From assembly GCA_002269645.1 (NCBI GenBank), contig NIVC01001300.1:186001-250000 (forward strand): a DNA stretch of 64,000 nucleotides, read 5' to 3'. The notes under the pieces are model-generated. The model was not told the origin of the DNA. It worked only from the letters and a program-made list of their open reading frames with translations, and did no database searches. Each line of letters starts with the position of its first letter. Position 1 is the first letter of the stretch. The translations under genes and the position numbers were made by a program. Source of the stretch: Macrostomum lignano. Its lineage: Eukaryota. Below are positions 11,501-22,844 of this stretch, one piece after another.

Positions 11501-13615
11501 AAGGGTGTCTGGCGGAGACTCGTGGACGATTGAGCTGAGGCTGGTGACTTTGTCTCGAGGAGCGTTTCTGCTGCTGCTGGGCGACCCGAGCGACTCGGCG
11601 ACCACTCCGAGACTGCTCGCTACGGTCAGTGTCCTTAATGCTTTTTTCTAGATCCGGTGAAATCTGGTAAAGTCAGTATTTGTTTAAATTTATTCAGATC
11701 GATCACTCTGGCCGTCTGTCCGCCCAGTTACTGCACAGCAACGGCTCCCACATCGCAGCGCTGACGTCCTCAGACTCGGTGGCCACCGGCAGCTTCGTCT
11801 CCGTGAAGATCTCCGTGTCGATATCAGGTCGCTCGCTGTCGCTGTCAGCGTCATTTTCAGTCAGGTCGGCATCGCTGAGCAGTGCGAGTCCGCTGCCGCA
11901 GCTGTCAGGCCAGCTCATCATCGGCGGCTTCAGCGGTCTTCGGGCAGCCCCAGACTCCTCATTGTTGCCTGTAGCTCACGGCAGCCGTAGATCAAAGAGG
12001 TCAGCGCCGACCCTATCGAGTGCAGTGGCCTCAGTTCTACCAGCGAACACCACAGCTTTCCGCGGCATCATTTCTGGCCCCAAACTGAACGGCGAGAAGC
12101 CGCTGATGTTGCGTCCTGTCTCTCCCAGCTTGCTGGCAAGCCTTCCTCAGGCCATTGCAGCCAGCGATTCGTCTGGTGTACGACTGGGAGTTGTTTCTGA
12201 GGTGTGCGAAACGTTTTCACCTTGCAGAAACGGAGCTACATGCGTGGACGTATTCTACAATTCCTATGAGTGATCAGTTTTTGTGATTCAGATTGCTGCC
12301 ATGTTCCGTAGTGCATATTGTCTATGGCAACTCCGCAGGTGCAAATGCCACAATGGCTACTCGGGCGTGAACTGCTCGGTTGATCACCCCGACTGCAGCC
12401 CGAATCCGTGCAAGAGCGGTGAAGTCTGTTTGGAGAGAAGTGACCAAGCGAACTACAAGTTGAGATTTCTGCCTTGGCCTTTCAATGGGTCATTCAGCTA
12501 TGATCTGGCTCCCGGATTCGTCTGTATTGATTCTTATGGTGAGACGTTTTTTATTGTCGTCTTTAAAGCGTTTTTTGTATGTTTATTTTTTATATGTTCG
12601 AGTGAGGTTGTGAAGTCTAGGTTTGCGTGCCGAAAAAAGGTGGCCTCTGTATGGCTCTGTTTACTTACTATATACTTTTAGTTAATATTGTGGGGTGGGG
12701 TGAAGCGATGCGCGATTGGTCGAGAATTAACAAACAAGTTTAGGCGAGAGAATGAGTCATAAATAATAATGTGGGGCAGAGAGTGCAGCGCACGGGCTAC
12801 GCCCTACAGAGGTGTTTTACTGAATATGAGTTCTATATTTTTTTAGAATCACGAAGCTCTTCAGTAGTTGTAGGCGCAGTTGTGGGTGCACTTACTGTCG
12901 TCCTCACAGCTGCGCTCGCTGTCGCCGTGGTGGGTCTTTTAATCCGTTTTGTAAGTGCAGAGATTGTTATATTATTGTGCTATTTGCGATAATGACGCAT
13001 GAACTGTAATTGCGATCATCGTTTTGCCAATTTTAGGGCTATTTATCCCGAACCAAGCCAGCCAAGTATGCGGAACCAACAGTTTCATCAACTGATGAAA
13101 TTTTACGTGTAAGCTTTGCTGTGGAATTTCGAAATACATTTTGAAATGTGGGTTTTAATTCTCAATAGAATACAAAATATTGGTGCCCACACAGAATGCC
13201 AAGGTGCAGGATGCTGACTTAGCGCATCAGTATGCCTCAGCTACTGAAGAGCTCTGCAAAGCTTCAATTGTAAGATATCGGTTCGCTTTCCTTGACATTT
13301 GTTACGAGTATAACTTTTGAAAGAAAAAACGGTGTGTTATTACTAACGAACAAACTACCGAGTAGACCTTCAAAATTCTAACACTGAAGAGAAATCAATC
13401 GAGACCTTTCATGTTTCGTGTTGATGATAATGAGTGAATATCATACGAAGTATATATATTTATTGTTTTTACTTTGCCCCCTGCAGAAAAATCGACAGAA
13501 CCTTCCGCTTCCACCAGTCCAGATGGATTCCATTGCTGAAGCCGCAGGTTGCGAATACGCAAACGAGAAGTCGGATTTCGCACCTGCCATTTACGCTAAT
13601 GAAGGTTTTCAGTGA
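2519..13615 (+). CDS. Gene A: type I membrane protein, about 9 EGF + 1 LamG-like + truncated Crumbs-type EGF + TM + about 90-aa Tyr-containing tail
   Basis: Phase-consistent GT-AG exons: 2519-2627 (signal peptide MFSCKAQLLLTLEIILMLNLASLVSS), 3937-4224, 7782-7974, 8226-8453, 11138-11624, 11698-12269, 12339-12538, 12847-12950 (TM VVVGAVVGALTVVLTAALAVAVVGLLI), 13037-13108, 13195-13269, 13487-13615 (ends IYANEGFQ*). Exon 1 and the small tail exons are least certain. Confidence 0.85.
3307..3720 (+). mobile_element. Dispersed non-coding repeat carrying seed copies of the GAPTSET 21-mer
   Basis: Similar to the end of the 4585-7213 array and its flank to about 7440 (cgctatcgtcacgtttc...gttcatcgcacaa...ctgccaccattcagaa...ttggcgc). 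Confidence 0.55.
4585..7213. repeat. 21-bp GC-rich minisatellite (ggggcgcccacctcagagaca) in intron 2 of gene A
   Basis: Over 100 tandem units, occasional 20-bp units. Confidence 0.97.
8788..9878. repeat. 18-bp minisatellite (cagacagcaagcatcccc) in intron 4 of gene A
   Basis: Direct tandem copies with 17-19-bp variants. Confidence 0.96.
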
Positions 13616-14620
13616 GGATGCAACAGTTTTTATTATTTTTTGTGCGGAACACATCCCATATTTATTAAAAACATTGCGTTGAAACATTCCGTGTGAATTT
13701 GATCAGTTTTTTTTCGCTTTTTACTCCAGTGCTGGCCTTTTTGAGCAGCTGATAATTTTTTATAATGCGAATATTTTTTTACTTTTTTGCACTTTTAAAG
13801 CGTTTGTTTGCTCTTTTTAGTTTTAAATTTTTCCAAATCAATTTTTTAGTCCCGCTCTTACAAAAACGTAGCTCGGTCAAGAAATCCTTCATAGGTTATT
13901 TATAGCATAGGATTTGCTTCTATGTCTATTGAAAAATTATAGATATAATTTTTTGACAGCTGTGGAATGTGAATGTCTGTGTGCTATTCGGGAGTGTAGG
14001 GTCTGTATGAGCCATCTTGGATATTGAAATGGTTTAAACAGCTGTGTCTTTTGTACAATTGATTATCACAGGTTAAAATAAAGGCAACGAAACTCCTATA
14101 GGTGTACTCTTTCCGTGCTATGTTTAAATTGCTCCGTAAGTTTATGAGCGTATTGTAAATAGGTTGGATGATATGTGTTTTTTCTACAATACCCAAGTTG
14201 CTGTGGTCACATCATTGTTGGTAGTTCAATTTAGTGACTTTTCTCTAAAGCATTATTTTGGTCCTCGGATCGAAAGACAACACGTCATTTTAATACTGCG
14301 TCTCGTTTAAACCAGATGCAGGTGAACTACTAAATACTCGTATATACTCGCAATAAAACAAACAATGCCATTTATTATAAAAATGAATATAGCCTGCTTC
14401 AAACTATTTTTAGTACGGTATACCTGTATGCCTTTTAAGCAAGTTGTATTGCTGCAGTTTTTATAAATCATTTTTATGCTGTGATACATTTCGGTCCATC
14501 CGGTGTGCCGGTATTTTTGTCCAATAAGTAAATTTAACCTACAGAAAGTGTATTTCGCGCCTCTTTCCCAGTCTCATCCTTTTCCCGAGGAACAACAACT
14601 TCTATGGTAATTTATCGGTA

Positions 14621-14688
14621 GTAGGAGGACTGAGAACCATTTCTCAGTCCCCAAACGAGGCCTGAGAGATGGTTCTCAGTCCTGCTAC
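14621..14688. other. Inverted repeat, 27-bp arms with 2 mismatches
   Basis: gtaggaggactgagaaccatttctcag (14621-14647) pairs with ctgagagatggttctcagtcctgctac (14662-14688). Confidence 0.8.
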
Positions 14689-14789
14689 AGTTGCAATTAA
14701 TAAATGTAAATTATCAAAACCAACAACAGGAAGTTTAACATAGTAAGAAATGACTGATGACTGACCACCAGAAGAGCATGCGATACTTA

Positions 14790-14993
14790 AACATGGTCTT
14801 GTACGCAAAACTGAATATAGCGCTCAATAGCTGTCGAAGAGTGTCCTGTAACACGAGCAATGTCCTCTCTATTGAAGCCAGCACGGTGTAGAGTACTTGC
14901 GCAATTCTTGTATAGAGTCACTCCAGTTAGGGGAGTCGTTAATTCACGAACAAAACCGTCCAAGCTGTGGCGGCCGACGGGTGACAACTAGTA
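14790..14993 (-). mobile_element. Degenerate tyrosine-recombinase (Crypton-like) C-terminal fragment
   Basis: Translation SPVGRHSL...CASTLHRAGFNREDIARVTGHSSTAIERY resembles the PxG and TGHxS...Y motifs of Crypton recombinases; the HSLR box is missing. Confidence 0.6.
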
Positions 14994-17900
14994 CGCGGAC
15001 CCCGGGATTGTGGGCAACTGGACTGGAAGGCTAAAAATAACCCATACCACAAGGGGGCATTAGTTTCCTACACAGCTTTTCTGCAGAGGGGCATGAATTG
15101 CTAACACAAATCACATAAATAGATAAATAGATACGTGCACAACTGAAAAAAACACTTTGCAACAGTGGAAAAAGCAAAAGCATTTCTGACAAGCCACTTA
15201 ATCTGAAACCGAGGCGAATCCGCAGTTAATTATTAGTAGGAATTGGCAGACTGACTGGAGAGCTTCGCAATCTTCCGCTTCCTTCCGCGCTCCGAATCGC
15301 CAGAAACTTCCTTAGCCAGGTTCTTCATCATGCAGTTGAAGAACGCTTTAGACAATCCTGTCTTCACATCATGTCCATGGGTGCATGTTGTGAGGTGGGT
15401 GAATGATTCTAGAAAAAGTGCGTCGTCGGTCATTTCGTCCACGAGTCCACAAAATACCAGCTGCTGCTGCTGAGCGCACATGAACTCCTTCTTCAATGTC
15501 TCCTTTCGCCGAATCTCTTCGAAAATTTTCCAGCAATGAGTGCCCAAAGCAAAAGCAAACTCAGTTGGCTGGCAGAGACCACCTCGGTTGATCTGGTCAA
15601 TGAAGGAGGAGGCCTGTGCTGGAACCCAGTCAACATCCAACTGCGCGGCAGCATCTTCCTCTAACAGCAGTTCTCTGCACGAATCACACCTTCGGTTTTT
15701 CACCAGAGTTCGGGCAACAGCGGCAATGACGTAATAAATTACCGTCTGATCAGCAGGAGCTGGCTCGCAATCCATGTCTAGCTTTACGGCCAAGTTGTTG
15801 ACACACTCCTGAACAGAGCTGCTGCTGTCGTCAGGCTTATCGATTGCAGCGTCAATCTCCTTAAGTGAGAATTCAGAATATTTCAGCAGACTTACAGCGG
15901 CGATCTTCCTGCTGTTCTCCTTGACCTGACGAGCGGAAATGTAAAAATTGGCTCCTGACATCTGACGCAGCCATCCAAATCGACTTTCGATGCAGTCAGA
16001 CTGCAGTGCTCCAAGGAGAACAAATGAAAATCCTTCATGATCCAGAAGATGAGCTGCGCAGGCGGCCAGAGCACGACAAGTCACTCGACAAGCAAGGAAC
16101 GTTTCTTTAGACAAGCCAGGATACCCAGACTTCTCCCAGCTCTGCAATATGAAACATGGAGCTATAAATATTATTGAGTACTGCGGCCTTCAAGTCAACA
16201 TAAAAAATGCAATGAAAAGCCTTACCTCTAGAAATTCGGCAAACTCCAGAAGAAATTGCAGCTTCCAGTCAAGCGAAGAGCGCACAGGATCCTGGCTGAT
16301 GTCACGTTTCGCTGTCCCTTTGAATGGAGTCCTGACGTTCAAAATATGCCAGAGCTTCAGCACAAGGCTGATGAAATCTGCAGTGGCCTGCCAGATCTTG
16401 CCTTCGTGCTCTGTGTAGTACCGCAGCGCATTTAGAGTGCTCTCATCGAAGACCGCCGCTGCCAGCTTCACCGAAGTTTTCTCAATGCTCTTTGGATTAA
16501 GCACGGCAGGGCTGAGCTTGTGCGCTAGCTTCAATGGCTTGGTTGCTTCCAGCTCGTAGAGCCGAACAATGTGTCCAAAGTGAGCCTCAGACACTTGAGG
16601 CCGAATTGGAAAGGCAGGAAACCGAAATTCTCCTCGGATTTGAAAGTTATTGTAAATGTTCTTCAAATTGTGCACTGGATCGAACAGCACAAAAACAGGC
16701 TGTCCAGTTACTTCATCCATGAAGCAAGGGTTGAAGTTGTTGCCGCACAGGCCTCTGACAAACTTGCGGTTCACTGCGGCATTATCAACGCACACTGCAC
16801 AAACGGTGAAATTCAACTTTCTTAAGACACTCATCGCCTGGTGAAACAATTCTGTAAGTTTCTTCGCAGTTAATGTTGCAACGGCATGCATCGCAATCAT
16901 GTCCTTGTATTGACTCGCTACAGAGCGGATCATGAAGCAGCAGAGTGTCTTTGCTGTAGCTCCATCTGCATCCAGTCCATTCAACTGACCATTGTTGTAC
17001 TCAACCCGATTGGCAATGTAGATCTCATCGATCGCAAGGACGACAACTTTCTCAACTTGTTCAAGCTTAGATGCCCGAAGTTTAAGATAGCCTTCGTTGT
17101 CCAGACCTACCTTAGAACCAACTCTAGCTGTGATGGACCTCAAAGTGCGATCAGATGGCAGACAAAGTGCCTCCTGCTCCAGCATGGTCTTGTATGCAGC
17201 GGCACTGATTGAGTAAATTAAATACGAAAAAACGAGAAGCTCCTGCGAGTACCTGCGAGCAGAGGCTGGCTTCCTACTCAGCTTCAATTGCTCTAAAGCA
17301 AAGCTCACTGTTCGGTTATCTGCCAGCTCTTCCACCTCTTCTAACAGGTCTTCAGCCATATCCAGCAGATGCGAAACTTTATCGTCAGACTCGGCCGTAT
17401 CCTCCTTCAAAATCTTGATTCTCGACATGATGTTAACAAGCTGGCTAAGGGTCGAGACCTTGCCATTAGTCAACAGATCGACAAACCTATTCATCTTCAG
17501 AGGCAATCCACGGAATCCACATGTGACGGTGAGGTCTTCAGCCAAGCAAATATAGCACGCAACATGAAAATTGGGCTCGATCTCAAGCATGTAAATGCAC
17601 AGCTTGCCGTCACACAGAGAGAATTGAAAACCTGCTGGCTTACTCTCCTCCTGATCAAGTCTGGAGCGCACGTCGTGTAGGCTGCAATCAGCAATTGAGT
17701 CGGCTTCCTGAAAGGTGTCGATGCTGCTTTGCAGGGCACTGAGTTCCCGCTCCAGACGTTCAGAAGAAGTCGCCGCTGTTGATCTCTGCGGCTTTTTTTC
17801 AGAGGACAGGTAGGATGGAGCGTTGGGAAAGATGGACGGCACAGCCCCTTGTTTCAAAAGGCGTCTTAGTAGTTGCTCCTTGCTCTTCTTACGTGCGACG

Positions 17901-18450
17901 TTTGTATCCATGGAACTTTCAACGAAGTCGTCCGGATGAAAATGTCTGGAGCAAATCCTTGAGTTTTTTGTTGGCTCAAACTCCTGCCTTGGGTTGGCTC
18001 GCTTCCACTTTTCCAGAAGGGCGGGGTCCTTCCATGGAAAACTATGGAAGCTGACTCCTGCGACAGTTCCATTTGCTCGATTTGAGCATCCGTACGCTGA
18101 GCAAGCCTTCACCATTAGTGGTCTTTACTCTCAGAGTCTCAGACAATTATAAGTGCTAGTTAGCAAAAACAAGGAGAGATCGTTTTTAGGACATGCTGTA
18201 CAGTGCAGCGATTCTTGTAGTCCACTATAGGCCACAACCCCGGCCGAAATACGAACAGGGACGAATTGGAATGTACATTGTAGAGAGAGCTTTTTAGTGT
18301 ACAACGAAAGCTTTCTTTCCCTCGTGGAACAAACACCCCAAGCCCCCAACTGGGGGACAGAAGGGAGAAGCAGTGCCCCCCTGTGGTATAGGGTGGAAAA
18401 TAAAATTATCTCTCCTTCCAGTCCAGTTGCTTGTGGTCCCGGGGTCCGCG
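14994..18450 (-). mobile_element. THAP/P-superfamily DNA transposon, full length (3457 bp)
   Basis: Imperfect TIRs CGCGGACCCCGGGA...GCAACTGGACTGGAAGG; 7-bp TSD ACTAGTA at 14987-14993 and 18451-18457; encodes transposase. Confidence 0.92.
15233..18115 (-). CDS. THAP-domain P-element-like (THAP9-type) transposase, about 932 aa
   Basis: Exon 18115-16226, 84-bp GT-AG intron, exon 16141-15233 in frame. THAP motif (CSAYGC...FHSFP...W...CSRHF...AVPSIF) and catalytic-region motifs LAIDE, VCVDN, FDPVH, QSDCIESRFG. Confidence 0.92.
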
Positions 18451-18566
18451 ACTAGTAGCAGGATTCGTTGCTGGGGATTCTTTACTTTCAAAATATCTTA
18501 ACACTAGATCTAAGTCGTCTTGCATTGTAAAATGTTACTGTTATGTATGTAGGAGACGAAAAAATT

Positions 18567-18746
18567 TGATGAACTGCTGTTGGGTTCTCAGCACTTTAGC
18601 CAGTCAGTCACATAGCTTGTGCCACAGACTAACTGTACTGGATATTGATGCGTCTTTTGCTTTCAGTAGGTTAAATATTTTCTCCTCCTTTTTCCAAATA
18701 TTCTTGGATGATATTCTCGATATGATATTCTCAAGGCCTCGGCTTC
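18567..18746. repeat. 180-bp segment, reverse-complement copy of 23548-23727
   Basis: Near-identical sequence in opposite orientation within otherwise collinear duplicated flanks. Confidence 0.9.
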
Positions 18747-19487
18747 GCCTCGGCCTGAGAAATGCATCCTTGGACTTCCTTTTCCATAGCCACACCTGGA
18801 AAAGGATGAGAATGTATACCTAAAGAACTTTTAATCATTTCCGCTGATTCACCTCTGACAATTTTTCTATCCAAGATACTCTGACTATGAACTATTTGAT
18901 AATTTTACAGTTATTTTTCACTTTTACAATATTTTGCGTCATGATTTTTTTCACGGTTCAAGAGCAGCAAAAGCAATCAAAAGCACAAACTCTTGTACAC
19001 GAAATCAAAGTTTTAATTCAATAAATCAGTCTTTATTCAGATTCTTTCGTGTTTTTACTTATGGCCGTAAAAGTAATCAGTGATTGTTGTGCTCCTGGGA
19101 CATTGTTAGCTCCATTGTAAAATAAAATTCTACAAATTTTAAGAAATGTTGGTTGGCAGAATATTAAAATCTGTACGTTTTGTTTGAATTTATAGAATTT
19201 CAGCATCTCAGTAACCTTTAGAAGCCCAGATCGACCAACGTTTTTGGAATATTTATACACAGAAAGGCCTGAAACGCATTGTTTTGTTCAAAATGCTAGG
19301 AGTATTTGTGATTTAAAAGCAATGCTTTCCATGTCTTGCATTATTCGTTGTTAGAAACGCGCTGTTAGGAAAAATTAATATTCCACCTCATACCTTTGTT
19401 TCAGCTACATATCGAACAATAAAACTCCGAATCAAGCTTGGGTCCAGCTTCGCAATAAACTAAAACAGTTAATCAAATACAATTAGG

Positions 19488-22400
19488 ATGATGTGGTGTT
19501 GGCCACAGCAGCTGGTTTTGCTCATTTTTGTGCACCAAGCTGTGGCTGCTTCGGTTTCGCATGACAGACGACCAGATGGTGAGTCCGCTCTGGCAGTTTT
19601 CTAAAACTATTCGAACTTGAGAGAAGTTAAAGGCATTAGCTGTGCCAGATGTGGCGTTTTAGGCCATGGTCTCAAGTAATGTAGTTGATAATTTTCATGA
19701 GCTCAACGAAAAATGCTTTGCGACAATTCAAATACCTAGAAGTGCTTTTTAGTTTTTATTTGTATTGTTTTCGGCGCCAAACTGAATAAGTTTGTTAAAA
19801 TAAAACTTACTGTATGTCATTGAGTCTTAGGCTAACTTTTTCGGCCTTGAACTGCACTATGGAAAATAATTGCTATTTTTACTAATCAGCATATATTAGT
19901 TTAGTTGAAGTGCTTTAGTTGAAGTCCAATATACATGTACTAAAAATGAGTTGTTTGTATGCTTGTATGTTTTGCAGAGATTGACAGAACCGCCAATGAA
20001 TTGGCGCGGACGAGGCGAGCCACCTGCAGCGAGGGCGACTGCAAGAATGGCGGGGTTTGCTGGCCGGGCGCTGTGACGTCAAGCACTCCTCCGTGTCTGT
20101 GCCCTGAGGCGTACACTGGTTTTTATTGCACTGATAGAATAAACTACTGTACTACAACATCAGGCAATCCCTGCCAAAACGGAGGCACCTGCAGCAACAC
20201 AGACACAAGCCCCTGGTATCACTGCAGCTGCGTTCCCGGCTACACAGGTGGGCGACCAGGTGGGGCAAAACCAGTTGAAAATGAAGCGCCGTATAACTAC
20301 GCGTAACTGCTTGCGAGATTGGGTTGATGAGAGCTCGTAGAAATCGTTTCGATTATTAATATTGATTTTCTGTTTTGCTCGTTTTAATTTTGGGGTAAAT
20401 GCCCAGCCAGAAAAGATGCAAGTCAGACAAATGAATTACTAAAAATACTCAATGGAGAGAGAGAGACACCTGCAGAGAGAGGGCGGAGGTAGGCATGGGA
20501 CGGAAAAGAATTGCACCGTAACAAAAATCTTCTCCTTAAAAACTGAATGAAATATTTAAACAGTCTCGCGAAATGACAAGGGCTCAACTTTTGCTACCTC
20601 TTGGAAATGGCAACCACAAACCGTGGAATTTTATGTAGCTAGGACTAGGGCGCCACCTCAGAGGCAGGGGCGCTCACCTCAGAGACAGGGACGCCCACCT
20701 CAGAGACAGGGTCGCCCACCTCAGAGACAGGGACGCCCACCTCAGAGGCAGGGGCGCTCACCTCAGAGACAGGGACGCCCACCTCAGAGACAGGAGCGCC
20801 CACCTCAGAGGCAGGGGCGCCACCTCAGAGGCAGGGGCGCCACCTCAGAGGCAGGGGCGCCCACCTCAGAGGCAGGGGCGCCACCTCAGAGGCAGGGACG
20901 CCCACCTCAGAGACAGGGGCGCCCTCCTCAGAGACAGGGACGCCCACCTCAGAGACGGGAGCGCCCACCTCAGAGACAGAAGCGCCCACCTCAGATAAAG
21001 GATCGCCCACCTAAGAGTTGGAGGCGCCACCCCGCTATCGTCACGTTTCGATAGCTCTGTCCGTTCATCGCACAAGCCTTGGAAGAAATATGTTTCAGGC
21101 CAGAAATCGATGCTGATCGCTTTGCCACCAGTCAGAATTTTTGACAGTTTGAGACAATGCTATTCATCTTTAGCACGCCTATGCATGTATGATAGACATG
21201 TATTTAGCGCACAGTGCTCTGGTTGCCAGAAGCATTCAATTCAAAGGCTGCTTTTAATGGCATTGTTCAGGTTTCCGTTTTCTGTTCTGCACGGTCTGGA
21301 AGACGATAAGAAATCTTCAAAATTTTGTGTATTTTTATAATTCTCGGCTTGAAATTTGATCCTTTTTGCAAAATTTGTGCTAAATAGCGGAGCGACAAGC
21401 AGAAGATGATTTCTTGCAACTTTTGAAATTCTCTGTTAACTTCACAGACACTGACTGCGAGATCAACATTGATGACTGCGCCAGCAAGCCCTGCGCCAAC
21501 GGCCTGTGCTCAGACTTGGTGAATGACTACAGCTGCAGCTGCTTCACAGGCTGGGAGGGCAGGAACTGCTCAGTGGACACTGACTACTGCCTGTCAGGGC
21601 CCTGTCAGAACGGCGGTGTCTGCAGCGACGGAAACTCCACGTGAGTTGCTCTGAGCTATTAGGTAGCTGCAGATGTGTTTTTGCATGCGCAAAGCCTCAG
21701 ATTGGAATTTTCTACCATTTTTTTCATTGAATTGCATCTGATTCAGAAGTCTTTGATTTAGACAATATTAAAGATAAAATTAATTTAGTTTAGACTTTTC
21801 TCACATGCCCTAACAGCTTTCTTGTCATCTAGTACATGTAACTTAAGTTTTTAGAAATAGTTAACGTCACGAGTTTGATTTCTTCCCAACTTACGAGCCT
21901 ATCCGGATGCCCCAAGCCCCTGTTCAAAGCCAGTTCAAAGTTTTGGTCCGACACTACAAGATAAAATAGTGGCAGGAACAGAAACGGCTCAAGTAACTTC
22001 GAGACTTGTTTGCAATTTTTTTGAGATTGAATTCGACTCTAAAAATGGAAACTTTTGAAACGTTGCCTAACATGCTTAACAACGTTCTCAACGTTGCGGT
22101 TGAGAACACTTCCGAAAATGACGTTTTAGCAGACATTTATCCCAAACAAAATTGTGAGATTAGATAATTCTGTAGACTTAGTCCTTTTCTCCCATCTTGG
22201 TTCACAAAGACAGCTTTGATTGTAAAGCTGTGAAGTTTCAGTGCCTCGTAATCTTTTATTCTAGAAAAAATTTTCGGTTCATATTGAACCTCAGAGATGC
22301 CTGCGCAGTGGTGGGTGTAACATAAATAATTGTAGAATTCCGTAAGCACTTTTTAGGAAAATCCTACTAAAGAGACATTGAAGACCAAATATATTCCTTT

Positions 22401-22844
22401 GACAGCTACGCAAAGCTGAAACAGGTGTTTATCAAGCAATGAAACGAACAGTCAATTCTTTATGATTCTTCCTTCATCACACACACATTGACGGTGTCAA
22501 ACTGCATTTGTCAACTCTAAATCAGGTTCACCTGCGACTGCTCCCGCGTCGACTTCCAAGGCGTCACCTGCAGCTCCAAGATCGATGACTGCGCGTCGAG
22601 CCCGTGCCAGCACGGCGGCAGGTGCACTGTCGATGTCAGGAGCTTCACCTGCGACTGCCTGCCCGGCTACGAGGGCCCGACCTGCTCAGTCGACATCAAC
22701 GAGTGCGAGCGGTTCGGACAGCCGTGTCAGAACGGAGCCGTCTGCAAGGCTCCGGCTCTTCGTAGTCTCGTAATCATCTCGTACTTTCTTTCGACATGCC
22801 AAATGAAAAATTTAATTCAATATTTTGACAGCTGTGGAATGTGA
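19488..22844 (+). CDS. Gene B: truncated paralog, signal peptide + 5 EGF + partial EGF, no TM (secreted protein or pseudogene)
   Basis: Exons 19488-19578 (MMWCWPQQLVLLIFVHQAVAAS), 19978-20247, 21448-21640, 22526-22844. Homology stops after GAVCK at about 22748 and the frame runs 31 more codons to TGA. Confidence 0.65.
20646..21030. repeat. Short GAPTSET-type 21-bp array in intron 2 of gene B
   Basis: Same unit and same intron position as 4585-7213. Confidence 0.92.
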
